The notes below the pieces were generated by a model. That model did not search any database. It was given only the letters and a program-made list of their open reading frames with translations, and was not told the origin of the DNA. Both the position numbers and the translations under genes were made by a program. Positions 12,804-24,567 of a DNA stretch of 64,000 nt are shown piece after piece (position 1 is the first letter of the stretch; each line of letters opens with the position of its first letter). The stretch is from Phoronis australis. Taxonomy: Eukaryota > Animalia > Phoronida. Location of the stretch: assembly GCA_002633005.1 (NCBI GenBank), contig NMRA01000022.1, positions 1,019,028 through 1,083,027 on the forward strand, written 5' to 3'.

Positions 12804-13341
12804 GTTAGTTTCTCCACTGTGCCGCCTGACTGGGCGCTCCATATTTTCCCTTTTGAATCTTAACGTGAAAAACAGACTAAACTGCATTATTCAAAGTGGT
12901 TCTACGTCATTGAAACAGAAGTTCATTAGGCATTGTTAACTAAAGATTTTGAACTTGTGTTGGTGTCAAAACATTTTTCATTTATTTTTAATTTCATAAA
13001 AAATATTCTGTCAGCTCCTCGTCATTTTGTCGGTTTTTCTCCCACAAGACAAGGCACGTCTTTTTGTTTGCTATGGCAAGATATAGACGTATTACATTTC
13101 CTTTATATGGAAATTTTACCTTTGACCTTTAATATAAACAAAACTGTCGATTTCAAGCAGCAGCCACTCCAACTTCGTTAAAGAAGAATGCCACCCGAAT
13201 TAATTAGTCTTTTTTAGCGTCTTAATCGGTCTATATTCACATCGCCTCTTATACGGTCGACCTCACCTAGCCGAGAGGTGTCGCTTTAACCAGTGAGGAA
13301 GGTGAGAAACGACGTAGCGACGTCAGTGGTTCGTCTGCAGA

Positions 13342-13641
13342 GTGAATGCCGATATATTGCGGTGCATCGTTCCCGCTTGTCCGAACTATGAAGCTGCGAA
13401 GAAAGCGGGTATATCGTTTTTTCGGCTTCCTCGAGAGCCCGAAATCCTTAGAAATTGGCTCGCGGTAATGAAGAATGAAACGAACGCTGTTAATAGCAAA
13501 TACGAGGCCGTGAATCATCTCCGCGTCTGTGGCCGGCATTTCCTCGACAGTGATTTCTCTGACGAATTCCGGCTAACCAAAGAACTATCCATACGTTCCG
13601 TTACCTGTACATGTTCACGGAACCTCTCTAGTATTTCTTGA
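13342..13641 (+). pseudogene. THAP zinc-finger domain remnant (N-terminus of a Kolobok transposase)
   Basis: CIVPAC...FFRLP...W...VCGRHF is the C2CH THAP signature. No in-frame ATG (the ORF starts at GTG) and no DDE domain follows. Confidence 0.85.
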
Positions 13642-13754
13642 ACAGTGTATTCCGGTTCGAACTGATAGCCTGTGAAACCTAACGATCAGACCCGTGAAGT
13701 CTTCGTCGGATGAGCTCTTGACTAAGTCGGGGATTGCGCCTGGCGAGTTGCCAT
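13605..13754 (-). pseudogene. KolX / P2X7-ballast-like protein N-terminal exon remnant
   Basis: The minus strand reads ATG GCA ACT...GFTGYQFEPEYTVQEILER...CAG|GTAA with internal stops. YQFEPEY is recalled as the N-terminal motif of these proteins. Confidence 0.55.
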
Positions 13755-16700
13755 GTAGACGTTTATTTTCTGCTTTCTGTTTCAAAATGAATTATTCTCA
13801 TCCTAACCAATGCTTATATAAAACTGAAACAAAGTCTGTCTCATTAGATACAATCTGTAATGCCTTTGCAGTATTCGTGAGTGCAAATGTTGAGAAGCCA
13901 GCAATGAATAAACCACTACGTTACCAGCTTTTGATACCGACAATAAAGGTAATTGACCGGGCACCGAGGCCGTGTGAGCGCATGCTAATTCAGTGTTTTC
14001 TGACAGAAAGCTGTTGTGAAACAATTACTCGATTTTTTATGTTATGGTCACGTGTTAGGGGAATCTTTATTTAGAAATACAAATGCATTATTCAAATCAT
14101 TGTTACTGTACAACCTTTGCTCTGACGGTCTGTGGAAGGGGAACCCAACTTCGCGACCCCCGACAAGTAAGTACTGAGATTTTCAGTTTCGTGGCTAATT
14201 CACATAAATAATTACGTGGACATTATTTCATTGACTCACTATTATACTAGTCTTTTCGTGACTGGAGGTTAAGTTTCCAATTCAAGCTGGTTTATGTTCG
14301 TGCCAGTTCCGGTGGCCGCGACGGGCTTGATCGGGTTCCGAGCCACTGGCCGGGATAACAAGCGTTTTGTGTGTTTAGAACTCAAAAAATCTCAAGCCTA
14401 AACAGCACAGATCTAGATTTTCCTGTCTGTATTTCAAGGAAGAATACTTCGAATTTATCTCCGAACAGAACCCAAACTCCTGCTACGGACCTTGGTAAAT
14501 TGACCTGCCGAACTTTGTAGGCTACGGTGGGTCCAAATACCAATAAATCCGTATCAGCGAAATAAAACAATACGTTTTTATAAGAACTATGTGTATTTTT
14601 AAGGCTTTTACTTCGAAGTTTGATGATTTATTGGTGTTAAATGATGAATTCAAGCGATAAGCTTACACCAGTAACCCGTGTTGTGAACTGCTTAACAGAC
14701 TGCATGTGAAACCAATGACGTCATTGGATAATTTCAACACATCCGTCTGCCGTCAGGTGTCAGGTAACGCAAACGAACGTGCCGTTATCGAGTAGAACTA
14801 TTCGAGCTAAATTGATACAAAACAGGTTGTTTTTTTGGGTGGCATTCTCCTTTAAGCGTATGTGCACAAATTCATTATTAGGAACAGGGAATTTGAAAAC
14901 TGTAATGAGGTGAAAGAGTTTATGCTTAGTCTGTGTTTCAAAATATCGATTTTTATGGAACTTCCTGCAATATTCAAAGTGAACAACTCTCACGTTTGTA
15001 TCCTGTTTAAAAGGCATTTTTACGAGTTTTTACGTTCCATGCCGCTTTAACCTGAATCTGACTATTTGGAGTAGTACGTACTGTTTCGGTGGACACCATG
15101 TAAGCTTACTGACTCTCAAAACTGTGCAACAGTAAGGACCGAGAGCTTAAATTGCATATCAGCGATGTATTGTCCAACTTTTGAAAATTTGGAGATTGGC
15201 TATTTTAATTTATGCAATTGCTAAAATACTATAAATTAATTCCTTTTATATTTATGAGAAATTTTGATTTTTTTTTCGAAGTTTTATCTCAGAATATCAT
15301 ATCCTCTACATTACTTAATGCTGCCGTTTCAGAAATACGTCACTGAATACAGAAAAGTGGGACTAATCCGTATTCAACGGCTTAGACGTATTTCAGAGAT
15401 GGTGTACAATCTCATTGTGGTAAATTCGCCTGCACAACGTCAAATTTGGCTAGTCTTGTTCATTTGGGCTACCTAAAACATTCAGTAAAGATATCGTTCC
15501 TGAGAGAGCAATGTTACTGCTGTACAAACTGCAAGGCCGTAGTAAAAGGTGGGGCCGGGTGGGGGGGGGGGGGCACGTGCCCCCCAAAATTTGCGGGCGT
15601 CAGGTTTAAACCATGGCAACCGACATAGGCGTAGGACAGATGACAGTCGAGAAAAGAAAGACTAAAATACGGATACGAGAGTAAATTCAAGAGAATAACT
15701 ACTCAGCGTCAGTGCATGAATTACCCTTTGAGGGCCCTGGCCAGGACATTGTGGTTAGAGTCTCCGTTTTTGCAGCATACATGTAGGTCACCTAAACGCG
15801 CTTGAAAACCTTCACTTTATCATTCATACATATATTTCGAAAAATCGAGAAAATTCGTTTTGCAAATGCAGAAATGTTTTCCAAAGGCCCTTCTCTGGAT
15901 AACAGAGACAACTGTCGCCCTGCTCTTGTGTATCACTTGAGAAAATTGAAGGCTTGGCAGATAACATCAATTAGTGCACATTTCCTGACTTTTGAAAGTA
16001 TAGATCTTTTCATATTTAGGGGCCCAGCTCTTGAAGAGGGCTATTGATGACATTCAAGTGGCCACCCTTTTCGTGTTTTTATTGACAAATTCTTAAGGGG
16101 CCGCTCACGAAGAGAGGACCCAATGTTGGAATCGATTACCTTTATTTTCCTGTTTTTTTGTGAAATCGTACAATCGGCTTTTATGCTGAGGAAGGTCACT
16201 TCTTGCCTGGTCACTCTTGCTATTTTCCAAGCTTAATAATGTATAGCCTTTCATCTTGGGAGTCCCATTTCAGACGGGACCCTTTCTCGGTGGGGCAGTT
16301 CGAGCGCATTGTCCTGACACTTGTACATGGAAATCCGACAATGCCAAGTATTCACGAGGGTAGGCTGAGATCCCAAATTCATCAAAAATACAAAACATTC
16401 ATGCACAGCTCAGCAGTATCAAAAAATTAGACCCAAACAACCAAAAATGTGAAAAATATAGTGTAGGATTTTCCGCCATCAAAATGGTGGAATTTTCAAG
16501 AACATGAAGACCGCTATTTGTGGTTTACACAAAAAAAGCTATTTCCGATGGTTAGTTGTAAAATAATGTTATATTTTTCCCATAGTATCACAAGAATAGT
16601 ATTTCTTTTGAAAATCGTTACTAGGGACTATTTGTAATGAATTCACCAATGTTGAAAGGACTGGGGACTGCGATATGTGATGACCGTGTACATGTCGAGC

Positions 16701-16949
16701 GGGTACTCAAAATACTTGCAATAATATACAAGTATTTCAGTGTTTTTTTTGAAGTTCAAGTTAAACTCGTGAACCGTTTCAGGTACATCGGAAATGAGCA
16801 AAAATACACCTTAGTATGTATACACCATCTTCCATGTTCCCTCGGTTACCCGTCAAAAATCTGCGAGCATGCCTGCGGAAACTGATTAAAACATTCCGTT
16901 TTGATTAACAAAATTCGTTGGTTTCTGATTTACGAAAACCGACAGGTTA

Positions 16950-17590
16950 ATAGATGATTTTTGGTAATTAGAAGCTAATATTTTAAGAAATGAAGATGTT
17001 TCAGTGAATTTAGCTGCAGCCTGAATATGAAAAAAATCCATTATCCGATCCCCAAATAGTAAATTGCACTTGGGCGCGTTTTGCCTATCTAAAATAACTC
17101 TCAAGGACATTAATGAGATTTGGACAGTTCCCAGAAATTTACTCACAATTCAAATGACAATAAATGCATTGCTTTTTGACTTCGGCACAAGATTTGCCGT
17201 TTAAACTCACTGATAGGGGATAAAGGACTGGATTCATTAAATCAAGGTAAGCGTTCATAAATTCGATTCTTGCTTTTTTGATTTACATGTTAATGTATCA
17301 AAGAAAATGGAGTGATTGATAGATGATTTTTTTGACAATTAAAAGCCAATCTTGTAAGAGATGACAATGCTTCAATGAACTTAGTTGCAGGCTGACACTG
17401 GGAAAATTCAATCTATCATGAGATTGCCAAATATTGTACACTGAACGATTTTTGTCTATCTGAAATAAGTCTCAAGGATATATTTGATGAATGTCGGACA
17501 CCTATACAAAGTGTCCCAAAATGTTCACACAATTCAAATGACAATAAATTGTTTATTGGTTTAGGAGCTAGATTAGTGGTTTAAAGTTTA
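16950..17590 (+). repeat. Diverged tandem duplication, period ~380-390 bp
   Basis: ATAGATGATTTTT...CTCAAGGA...CACAATTCAAATGACAATAAA occurs at ~16950-17165 and again at ~17329-17550. Confidence 0.7.
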
Positions 17591-17923
17591 CAAACCGTAG
17601 ATCAAAAAAGAAGTTTAAGTATTTTAATAAATAAATAAAATTAAACTCGTTGCTTATCAACTAGGAAATGTTGTCTTTGAACTTCCTCGATGTTTTTAGT
17701 TTCCAAAAGTATTGTGCAATGAATTTTTGTTCTTCAAAACTGAATCGTTTGCTTTCCATTCTCGTGCATACTACACACACGAAGCACGTCATGACTGACG
17801 CACCCATGTTCAAAATAAGGTGTAACCATGCATGCGATAGGCCTGCGCAGAATCTCAGAGATCCACGGGAACTGAATTTGAACTCCAGGCGTTGAAGTGT
17901 GTACATTTTTGGGGCACATCCTC
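17507..17923 (-). mobile_element. Tc1/mariner-type deletion derivative with an N-terminal HTH transposase remnant
   Basis: TA|CAAAGTGTCCCAAAATGTTCACAC ... GTGTACATTTTTGGGGCACATCCTC|TA; the minus strand encodes MESKRFSFEEQKFIAQYFWK. Confidence 0.65.
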
Positions 17924-19058
17924 TATCAAGGGATTCTTTAAGGGCCACAAAGGCACTCATACCAGGGACCTCGGGACCTCACCTTTCCAAAAAATTCATT
18001 CAAAGTACGGCCATAATAAAATGGATCTTAATAAAACGAATCTTGACCTTAGAGCCAGCGCAGAGGATTAGCTACATGTACGAGCTGAGCTGCCTGTATC
18101 AAGTGAATCATAGCTGAACTGACCAGGGACTAGCTCTAGTTCTTCGAATTCACAATGGGATCCCACCTACAGTTACTTGAGGCAGCTCCCAGCTACCCGT
18201 CAGGGCGATGGTCCTAGACCCATTCTTACTCTCCATGAAGCTTTGTTAGTTCACGGTTACTCAAGTCCTTACGGTTACATCCCCGGTATTACCTCCCCCC
18301 ACCTTTGGCGGACATGGGGGGGGGGAGGTTCGGTACAAATATGGTAACATCCAGAGAACGGGGTGCGGGCCGGGTTGCAATCTAAAGAGAGTAGGTTGGC
18401 GAATTTGAATTGGTTTGTGTCCTCCCAATAAATTTTGCCTTCTTACGGGCAAAAACTTTCAGTAAAGTTTCACCGATGAAAATTCCGACGGATAGTGATC
18501 AGACCGCTATTTTTAGGCTTCTCTAATTTGTATTTGGGTCATAAAAATAGGCTAATTGCCTACAGAACGTCACCACAAGAAATGGGCAAAATCTAGTTCA
18601 AATCAACGAAAATGTTTTGTTATGAATGCAAACAACGCTGAGAACTACATGTAAAACATCTACAAGAATGGCGACCGTGTAGAAAAAAATTGCTGACACG
18701 ATCGAAGCGTTCCTCGACTCGACCTCAGGCTTATCTCGCAACATGTCCTTGACGTTTAGCTCAAGTTCCTTAAATCAGCTGCACGTTGTCAAACACAGTT
18801 TCCATGATTGTTTCCCTGTGGTGTGATGAACAGAGGAAATATGTCTATCACAACTTCAGAGGAATCACTGATAATGTGCCAGCCACCCAGCCTGTGTTGG
18901 CGCCCATACACAGTGCATGTAAGATTTTAACTCCTCGTAATCCCAGTCACCAATTCCCAAACGTTGTTTCATATGTCAGTACAAGTAGCAGTCGAGTTTT
19001 CCCTTACCAAACCATCCTCACTTTTTGATTTCACTAAACATGAAATTGTATTTTGCAG

Positions 19059-19276
19059 ACGAGTCGCCTACCGCTTTCTCTAACGCCACCATCTTGTCCA
19101 GAATACCCGGACAGTTCAGAGTATACCCATGCTACATCCACAGTTTCGCCATGACTGACAATCACATCATCTTGATGGAACAGCCGTTGTACATTAACGT
19201 CCGCAAGGTTATCACAAATCATCAAATTATGCGCCGGCCTATCTCGGAGTGTTTTGAGTTTTCAAAGGAATATTCA
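19059..19276 (+). CDS. Carotenoid oxygenase paralog B, exon 6 (...YPCYIHSFAMTDNHIILMEQPL...)
   Basis: ttgcAG|AC...TCA|GTaagt; YIHSF carries the second Fe-binding His; EQPL motif. Confidence 0.96.
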
Positions 19277-20930
19277 GTAAGTACAACTATTTTTAATGTC
19301 AGAATAAACGTGAAGTCAAGGACCTTGAAGAGCTGTAAAATCATGCGTAATTGGAATTCTAATTAACGAATATAAAAACCCGTGTTACTTTTCTATGTGA
19401 TTCTACTGCCAACTTAGACACTGGGCCATTTCATGTAAATCGCTTTCATAATAAACAGCGTAGGCGATGTATCAACAGGATACTAAAACCTGATTTTGGC
19501 ATATCATTAGGTGTAAGAATGACTTTCCCATCCTCCTGGTAGGAGCACTGTCGTCGAGCATTTTAGCAAGTCTCCGACTTCTGTTGCGTTTGCATCGATG
19601 TCTGCTTAGGTCCTTGATGGTTGTTCTCGATCTTTGACAGATAAGTTACTATGACGTAAACAACAGCGCCTGTCATGTTTCATATGGATTTAACCAACGT
19701 TACAGCCCCTAGCGGTCTTTTTATTGCCTTTGTTTAATGTCCTTTCCGGAAAGAGTCAAAGAGACAAAACCCGCGGACCTTGACCTAATTTGAACTACTG
19801 TCGTTGTGAACTCAATATTGTTCAGTGTACACGCTACATGTAATTGCGCAGCACTTTTTCATCTGAATAAGAAGAATCATCACCGTGTAAAAGGGTATTT
19901 ACCTTAGTGCAGACATGTTAAGCAAATTCTCAGGGTAGATTTTGATGGATTCTGGTCGTGCAGCCGTCGTCCACATAGATTGATCCAGACGCCTCTGCCG
20001 TCCTGTGCTTCGGATTTTGGATAAAGTAAATCCCCGGAATCTTTTATGGATACTTCTTGTAACTTGTAGTCGTTAAACGACAAAATCCTTTCTTCGAGTT
20101 TATTCAAGTAGAAAATTTCTTTCCAAACCAAAACTTAGCAGGGATTTCGTCCCTTTAGGTTTGTCTTACACCAATGTGTCCGACAAATCGGTCTAATGCC
20201 ACGGTTCCGGCCAGCTACTCCATAAAATGAAAAAAATATGATTGGCTGGATATGACGATGGGGTGTGACTGCCGCGAATGGTATTTCGTAGCTCTTTGAT
20301 TAGTTGTTTTGAATAAGTCCACCCATTTAGCTTCTGCGCTGTTTTTCGCGCCGTTTTGAAACGACTTCCTTATTTAGAGTGAAAATTTTGCTGCAAATGC
20401 AGAAACCCTTCTGACCAATGGAAATTGAAAAAGTCTGGTTGGTAAAGGCACATTTCAGCCATCAATTTTGGAGTAGATATAGAGGCCATTTGGAATCTTG
20501 TCTCAACTCTGGGAACGGAGTGATGGTGGATTTGGCATTTGGGAGACAAAAAACCCACCAAACTCGCATTTTTACATCTCAATTTTCCCTGGTGGACATG
20601 CCAATGAAAAAAGCAATGGTTTTGTCGATTTTTTATCCATGAAAAACTACGTAAGATGTGATTTCTCTGCAAGTTCTGCAATTTTGTGAGATGTCCTGAA
20701 ACATGAGTGGTAGCAAGTGTATTTGTTAAACCAGTTGACTCGAGTAGTCAGCCAAACTATGGTGGTAGCCCAATTACTCGTTTGATGCATGACGTCACAG
20801 TAGGAATTCCTGACTGGATTTTACTGTAAGAAATTAGCTGGTGGGTGTTTAGGAGAATTTCATTGTGTAAGGTGCTAGATACTACAGTTTACTTAATTGC
20901 TCACATCTGTACACCTGTAATGTATTTCAG

Positions 20931-21176
20931 ACGAAAATACATGTGATCAAGAAATCCACTGGCGAACTACTCCAGCAGAAGTACACGTCACCTCCGCAGA
21001 TGGTGTTCCATCATATCAATGCCTATGAGGAGAACGGCCATATTGTCATGGATGTTGTAGATCATGAAGATGGATCGTTAATAAATGTCCTTGATTTGGA
21101 CTTCTTCAGGAAAGAGGACGGTGGAGTCTCCAATGGCTCGGCGTTGAGATTTGTGTTTCCTCTATCAGTCTCAGAG
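20931..21176 (+). CDS. Carotenoid oxygenase paralog B, exon 7 (TKIHVIKK...FHHINAYEENGHIVMDV...RFVFPL)
   Basis: tttcAG|ACG...GAG|GTat; third Fe-binding His. Confidence 0.96.
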
Positions 21177-21284
21177 GTATCTGTACAAATGTCGTGTATT
21201 AATGTATTTTATCATGAATATGACATAGCTCAGCTGTCTGGTAGTCACGTTTCTGAGTAAAAACTGATAGAATCAGGTATGCTA

Positions 21285-21830
21285 ACGATTTATGGGCCAC
21301 TCTTATGCCATACTGACCACAGATACGTTTTAGCTTGTCTGACACACCTTTAACATACGGAAACGATGTCACAGTTGAAGGACGTTCCCTGTTGTTACTG
21401 TCATTCACCCTACCTACATCTGTGAACACCCATTTGGGGTAGCCTGGTTCACGTGTGACCTCTCCGCTTCCCTGTCCCCGAGATCCGAAGCTATTGTTTC
21501 CGCTCTGTATGTGAGAGTCCGGATCACGCCATACTTATGCTTTAACGGGTGGTGGGAGTTGAATGCTAGATACTGGTCGATGGGAGTAGGCTTACGGTAT
21601 ACCTCACACAGGGGGGGTGGGTGACCCTCTAAGTAGATGGAAACCAAGCACTCTATAAGTGTGAACTATTATACATGTATTGATCTTCCTGGTTGATATG
21701 ACGGAAAGAAGCATCCGCCCCAGAGTGTCTACCCACAAAGAACGTATCATTCAGGTTGCGAAACCAAACGGAACGCTCGTGTACCACCTTAACGCGTGCG
21801 ACTGAAAGTTCCTCACGTACAACTTGGCAA
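21285..21830 (-). mobile_element. Penelope-like retroelement fragment (RT C-terminal/thumb and linker), frameshifted
   Basis: WFRNLNDTF (degenerate W.RYVDDTF), VYRKPT..DQYL.F.SHHP..HK.GVIRTL..RA and PYVKGVSDKLKRI are typical Penelope motifs. Confidence 0.85.
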
Positions 21831-22079
21831 TGATGGGAGACACCTGAGAACTTATGGCACAACCATATTCCTGACACATAGAAACTACGTTACAAAATAT
21901 CAAACTTAATGAGTATTTCAGCTCCAAGACACACTATAACAATTTTCTTACACGCAGCCACCTTAGAAAAACAGAAACCTCAGCAAGGTGCCACAACCCT
22001 ATGTTGAGGCTTTTAAAGGTGGAACCACACCCTAAAGACAGAAACCGCTTATCGATATGTCAGCGTTGGGTTCTTACAG

Positions 22080-22194
22080 GGCGCTAAGGCGGGCGACAAC
22101 CTGGTTTCTTTGACTTCGATGCAAACTACTGCTACTGCTATGTTAAAGCAAGACGGTTCAATCTACTGCAAAGGGGAAATGTTGTGTGGATCAG
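22080..22194 (+). CDS. Carotenoid oxygenase paralog B, exon 8 (GAKAGDNLVSLTSMQTTATAMLKQDGSIYCKGEMLCGS)
   Basis: ttacAG|GGC...TCAG|GTaa; homologous to 3547-3652. Confidence 0.93.
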
Positions 22195-22518
22195 GTAATT
22201 CGGAAACAACGAATATACTGCACGGTTACATAGTCATTGCCGTTTTGCACTTGAAAGGATACCCAAACCCAGATTTGGCCTATTAACAGGTATTTAAAAC
22301 GACTTTCCCATCCAGTTCTCTGAAACAAAGTAATCAGGTCTGTAACCCTCGACAACCCTCAAAACCTTGGAGAAAAAGTTGAAAACTCCTTTCAATGTCT
22401 GTTTAACGGGCATGCCTGACCTATGCCTTTAGCGAATTACACGGCAACAGTGGGAAAAGACCAGGGAGTATGAGTTTTTGATTGATTCCTGTGTTTAAAT
22501 GGAAGATAGATTAATACC

Positions 22519-22675
22519 CAGTGCTGTAGTGGTAAAATTAGAAGTTAGGTAGGCGCCAAAAGCCCACCGTTTCACCTTGAACACTGATCGTAACTTATGG
22601 TGCGTAGGCACTACGTTCAAATGCCAAAAGGTGGTTGGCTACGACAACGTGCGCTTACGCTCCACTACAGCGCTA
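22519..22675. mobile_element. hAT-like MITE
   Basis: TIRs CAGTGCTGTAGTGG / CCACTACAGCGCTA; degenerate 8-bp TSD TTAATACC / TTAACGCC. Inserted into another dispersed repeat whose uninterrupted relative is at ~40505-40690. Confidence 0.7.
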
Positions 22676-22886
22676 TTAACGCCTGCATTTACAGGTGACA
22701 GAACGATGATTAGTTGAAATCATCAAAACAGAGCTTAGTATCCTTTTATTTATAACTCTTACTGTCGCACTGAAAACACCCGTTTGCTCATGGCGGAAAC
22801 CATGTGGTGCCGTTTAGATGTGTACACAGTCACTGTCTGGGACTTGCGCAACATTTTTAGTAATTATTTCTCTCTGGCCTTTCCAG

Positions 22887-23099
22887 GTTTTGACCTCCCC
22901 ACGGTGAATCTACAGTACAACGGGAGAAAGTATCGGTATTTTTACGCAACCGGAGTTTTCGCTAAGGGCACATTTTCCAACACGGTTCTCAAATGCGATT
23001 TACAAACGAAGGAAGTGAAGACGTGGAAAGCTTCAGACACAGCTTTTCCCAGTGAACCTATATTTGTACCAGCACCGGACGCTGCTGAGGAGGACGACG
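22887..23099 (+). CDS. Carotenoid oxygenase paralog B, exon 9 (GFDLPTVN...FPSEPIFVPAPDAAEEDDG)
   Basis: ttccAG|GT...GACG|GTac; 213 bp. Confidence 0.96.
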
Positions 23100-23214
23100 G
23101 TACGTTTTACTCGTCACAGTAAATTAGCTTTCAATCAAAGTTCTACCAAACCTAAACTACACGACAAAAGTCTATTGCTGTTTACTAATTTTTTTGTCTT
23201 CACTATTCTCGCAG

Positions 23215-23366
23215 GTGTGGTGCTTTGTGGAGTCACCGATGTCTCGCCGGATGTACCCGACTTTTTAGTTCTTCTCGACGGAAAAACGCTAACAGAAATT
23301 GGCCGAGCGTCCATTCCGAAGAGTGCGCGGATTCCTCACGGATTTCATGGACAGTTTGTGCATTGA
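23215..23366 (+). CDS. Carotenoid oxygenase paralog B, exon 10, last (…IPHGFHGQFVH*)
   Basis: cgcAG|GT; GFHG carries the fourth Fe-binding His; TGA; AATAAA at 23525-23530. The ten exons sum to 1644 nt in frame. Confidence 0.96.
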
Positions 23367-23669
23367 TTGCACTTTAATTATTTCGATTACTTTTTGTGTT
23401 CTAGATTCTAATGGTTGTTTAACATATTTCGAATAAGGTACTGTCTCTACTCAACACATGAGGACTGACGCAAACAACTGCTGAACGTGCATCCACTGTT
23501 TCGTTTGGAATATTAATTAGGTGAAATAAATAAACCGAAAGCCCGTGGACATTTGCTGTACTTACCATAGGCGGATTTAGGGAGCTATGTCAGAATCTTA
23601 CATGGATGTCAACCAACTAGTTAGGTGTACACCTTACTTGGATGACAACCAACAAGCACACGCCACCTT

Positions 23670-24528
23670 GTGGTTGGTTGACATCCAACATCCAATAGCT
23701 GCTCTACCCGGTGGTCAATTAAGAAGCTATACAAAGGGACACATAGTTGGTTAATTGGTTGAGACCCAACACCTGCTCCCCCACCTGGTGGTCAAATCAT
23801 GGAACTATGCAAAGGGTTGGTTAGTTGATCACTGGCAGATACAGGTAGCATGTACTTAGTTGGTTGACATCCAACATCCAATAGCTGCTTCACCTGGTGG
23901 TCAAACGCTCACTGGCTGATACAGGTAGCATATAGTTAGTTGGTTTACATCCAACATCCAATAGCTGCTTCACCTGGTGGTCAAACGCTCACTGGCTGAT
24001 ACAGGTAAAATGTAGTTACTTGGTTGATATCTAACATCCAATAGCTGACCCACCTGGTGGTCAAACGCTCACTGGCTGATACAGGTAAAATGTAGTTAGT
24101 TGGTTGACATCTAACATCCAATAGCTGCCCCACCTGGTGGTCAAACGATCGTTGGCAGACACAGGTAACATAGTTGGTTGACATCCAACATCTAATAGCT
24201 GCTCCACCAGGTTGTTAAAACGATCACTGGCTGATAGAGGTAACATGTACATGTAGTTAGTTGGTTAACATCCAACATCCAATAGCTCTTCCACTTGGTG
24301 GTCAAGCGATCACTGGAAGATACAGGTAACATGTAGTTAGTTGGTTGACATCTAACATCCAATAGCTGCCACACTGATGGTCAAGTCATGAAGCTACACG
24401 AAGGAACAGATAGTTGGTTAGTTGGTTGACACCTAACATCCAATAGCTGCCCCACCTGGTGGTCAAATGATGAAGCTATACAAAGGGACAGGTAATGGTT
24501 AGTTTGATGACATCCAACATCAAATAGC
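23670..24528 (+). repeat. ~80-bp minisatellite, about 10-11 diverged units
   Basis: Unit ATAGCTGCTTCACCTGGTGGTCAAACGCTCACTGGCTGATACAGGTAGCATATAGTTAGTTGGTTTACATCCAACATCCA starts at 23881, 23961, 24041 and 24121. Confidence 0.92.
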
Positions 24529-24567
24529 AAATTTTAAGTTGATTGCTAAGAAAACAATATACTTTAA

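Larger units (their letters stand above)
13182..14851 (+). mobile_element. Non-autonomous Kolobok DNA transposon, copy 1 (intron 5 of paralog B)
   Basis: TTAA|AGAAGAATGCCACCC ... GGGTGGCATTCTCCT|TTAA: 15-bp TIR with 1 mismatch and a TTAA TSD. Contains a THAP remnant; a second copy lies at 24568-26272. Confidence 0.88.

Noticed and set aside
13694-14074. 126-aa ORF inside Kolobok copy 1 as a transposase
   Set aside because: No DDE motifs, a non-ATG start, and the frame is not preserved intact in copy 2.
23670-24528. Regular repeats resembling a CRISPR array
   Set aside because: Whole 80-bp units repeat with no unique spacers, there are no cas genes, and the context is eukaryotic.
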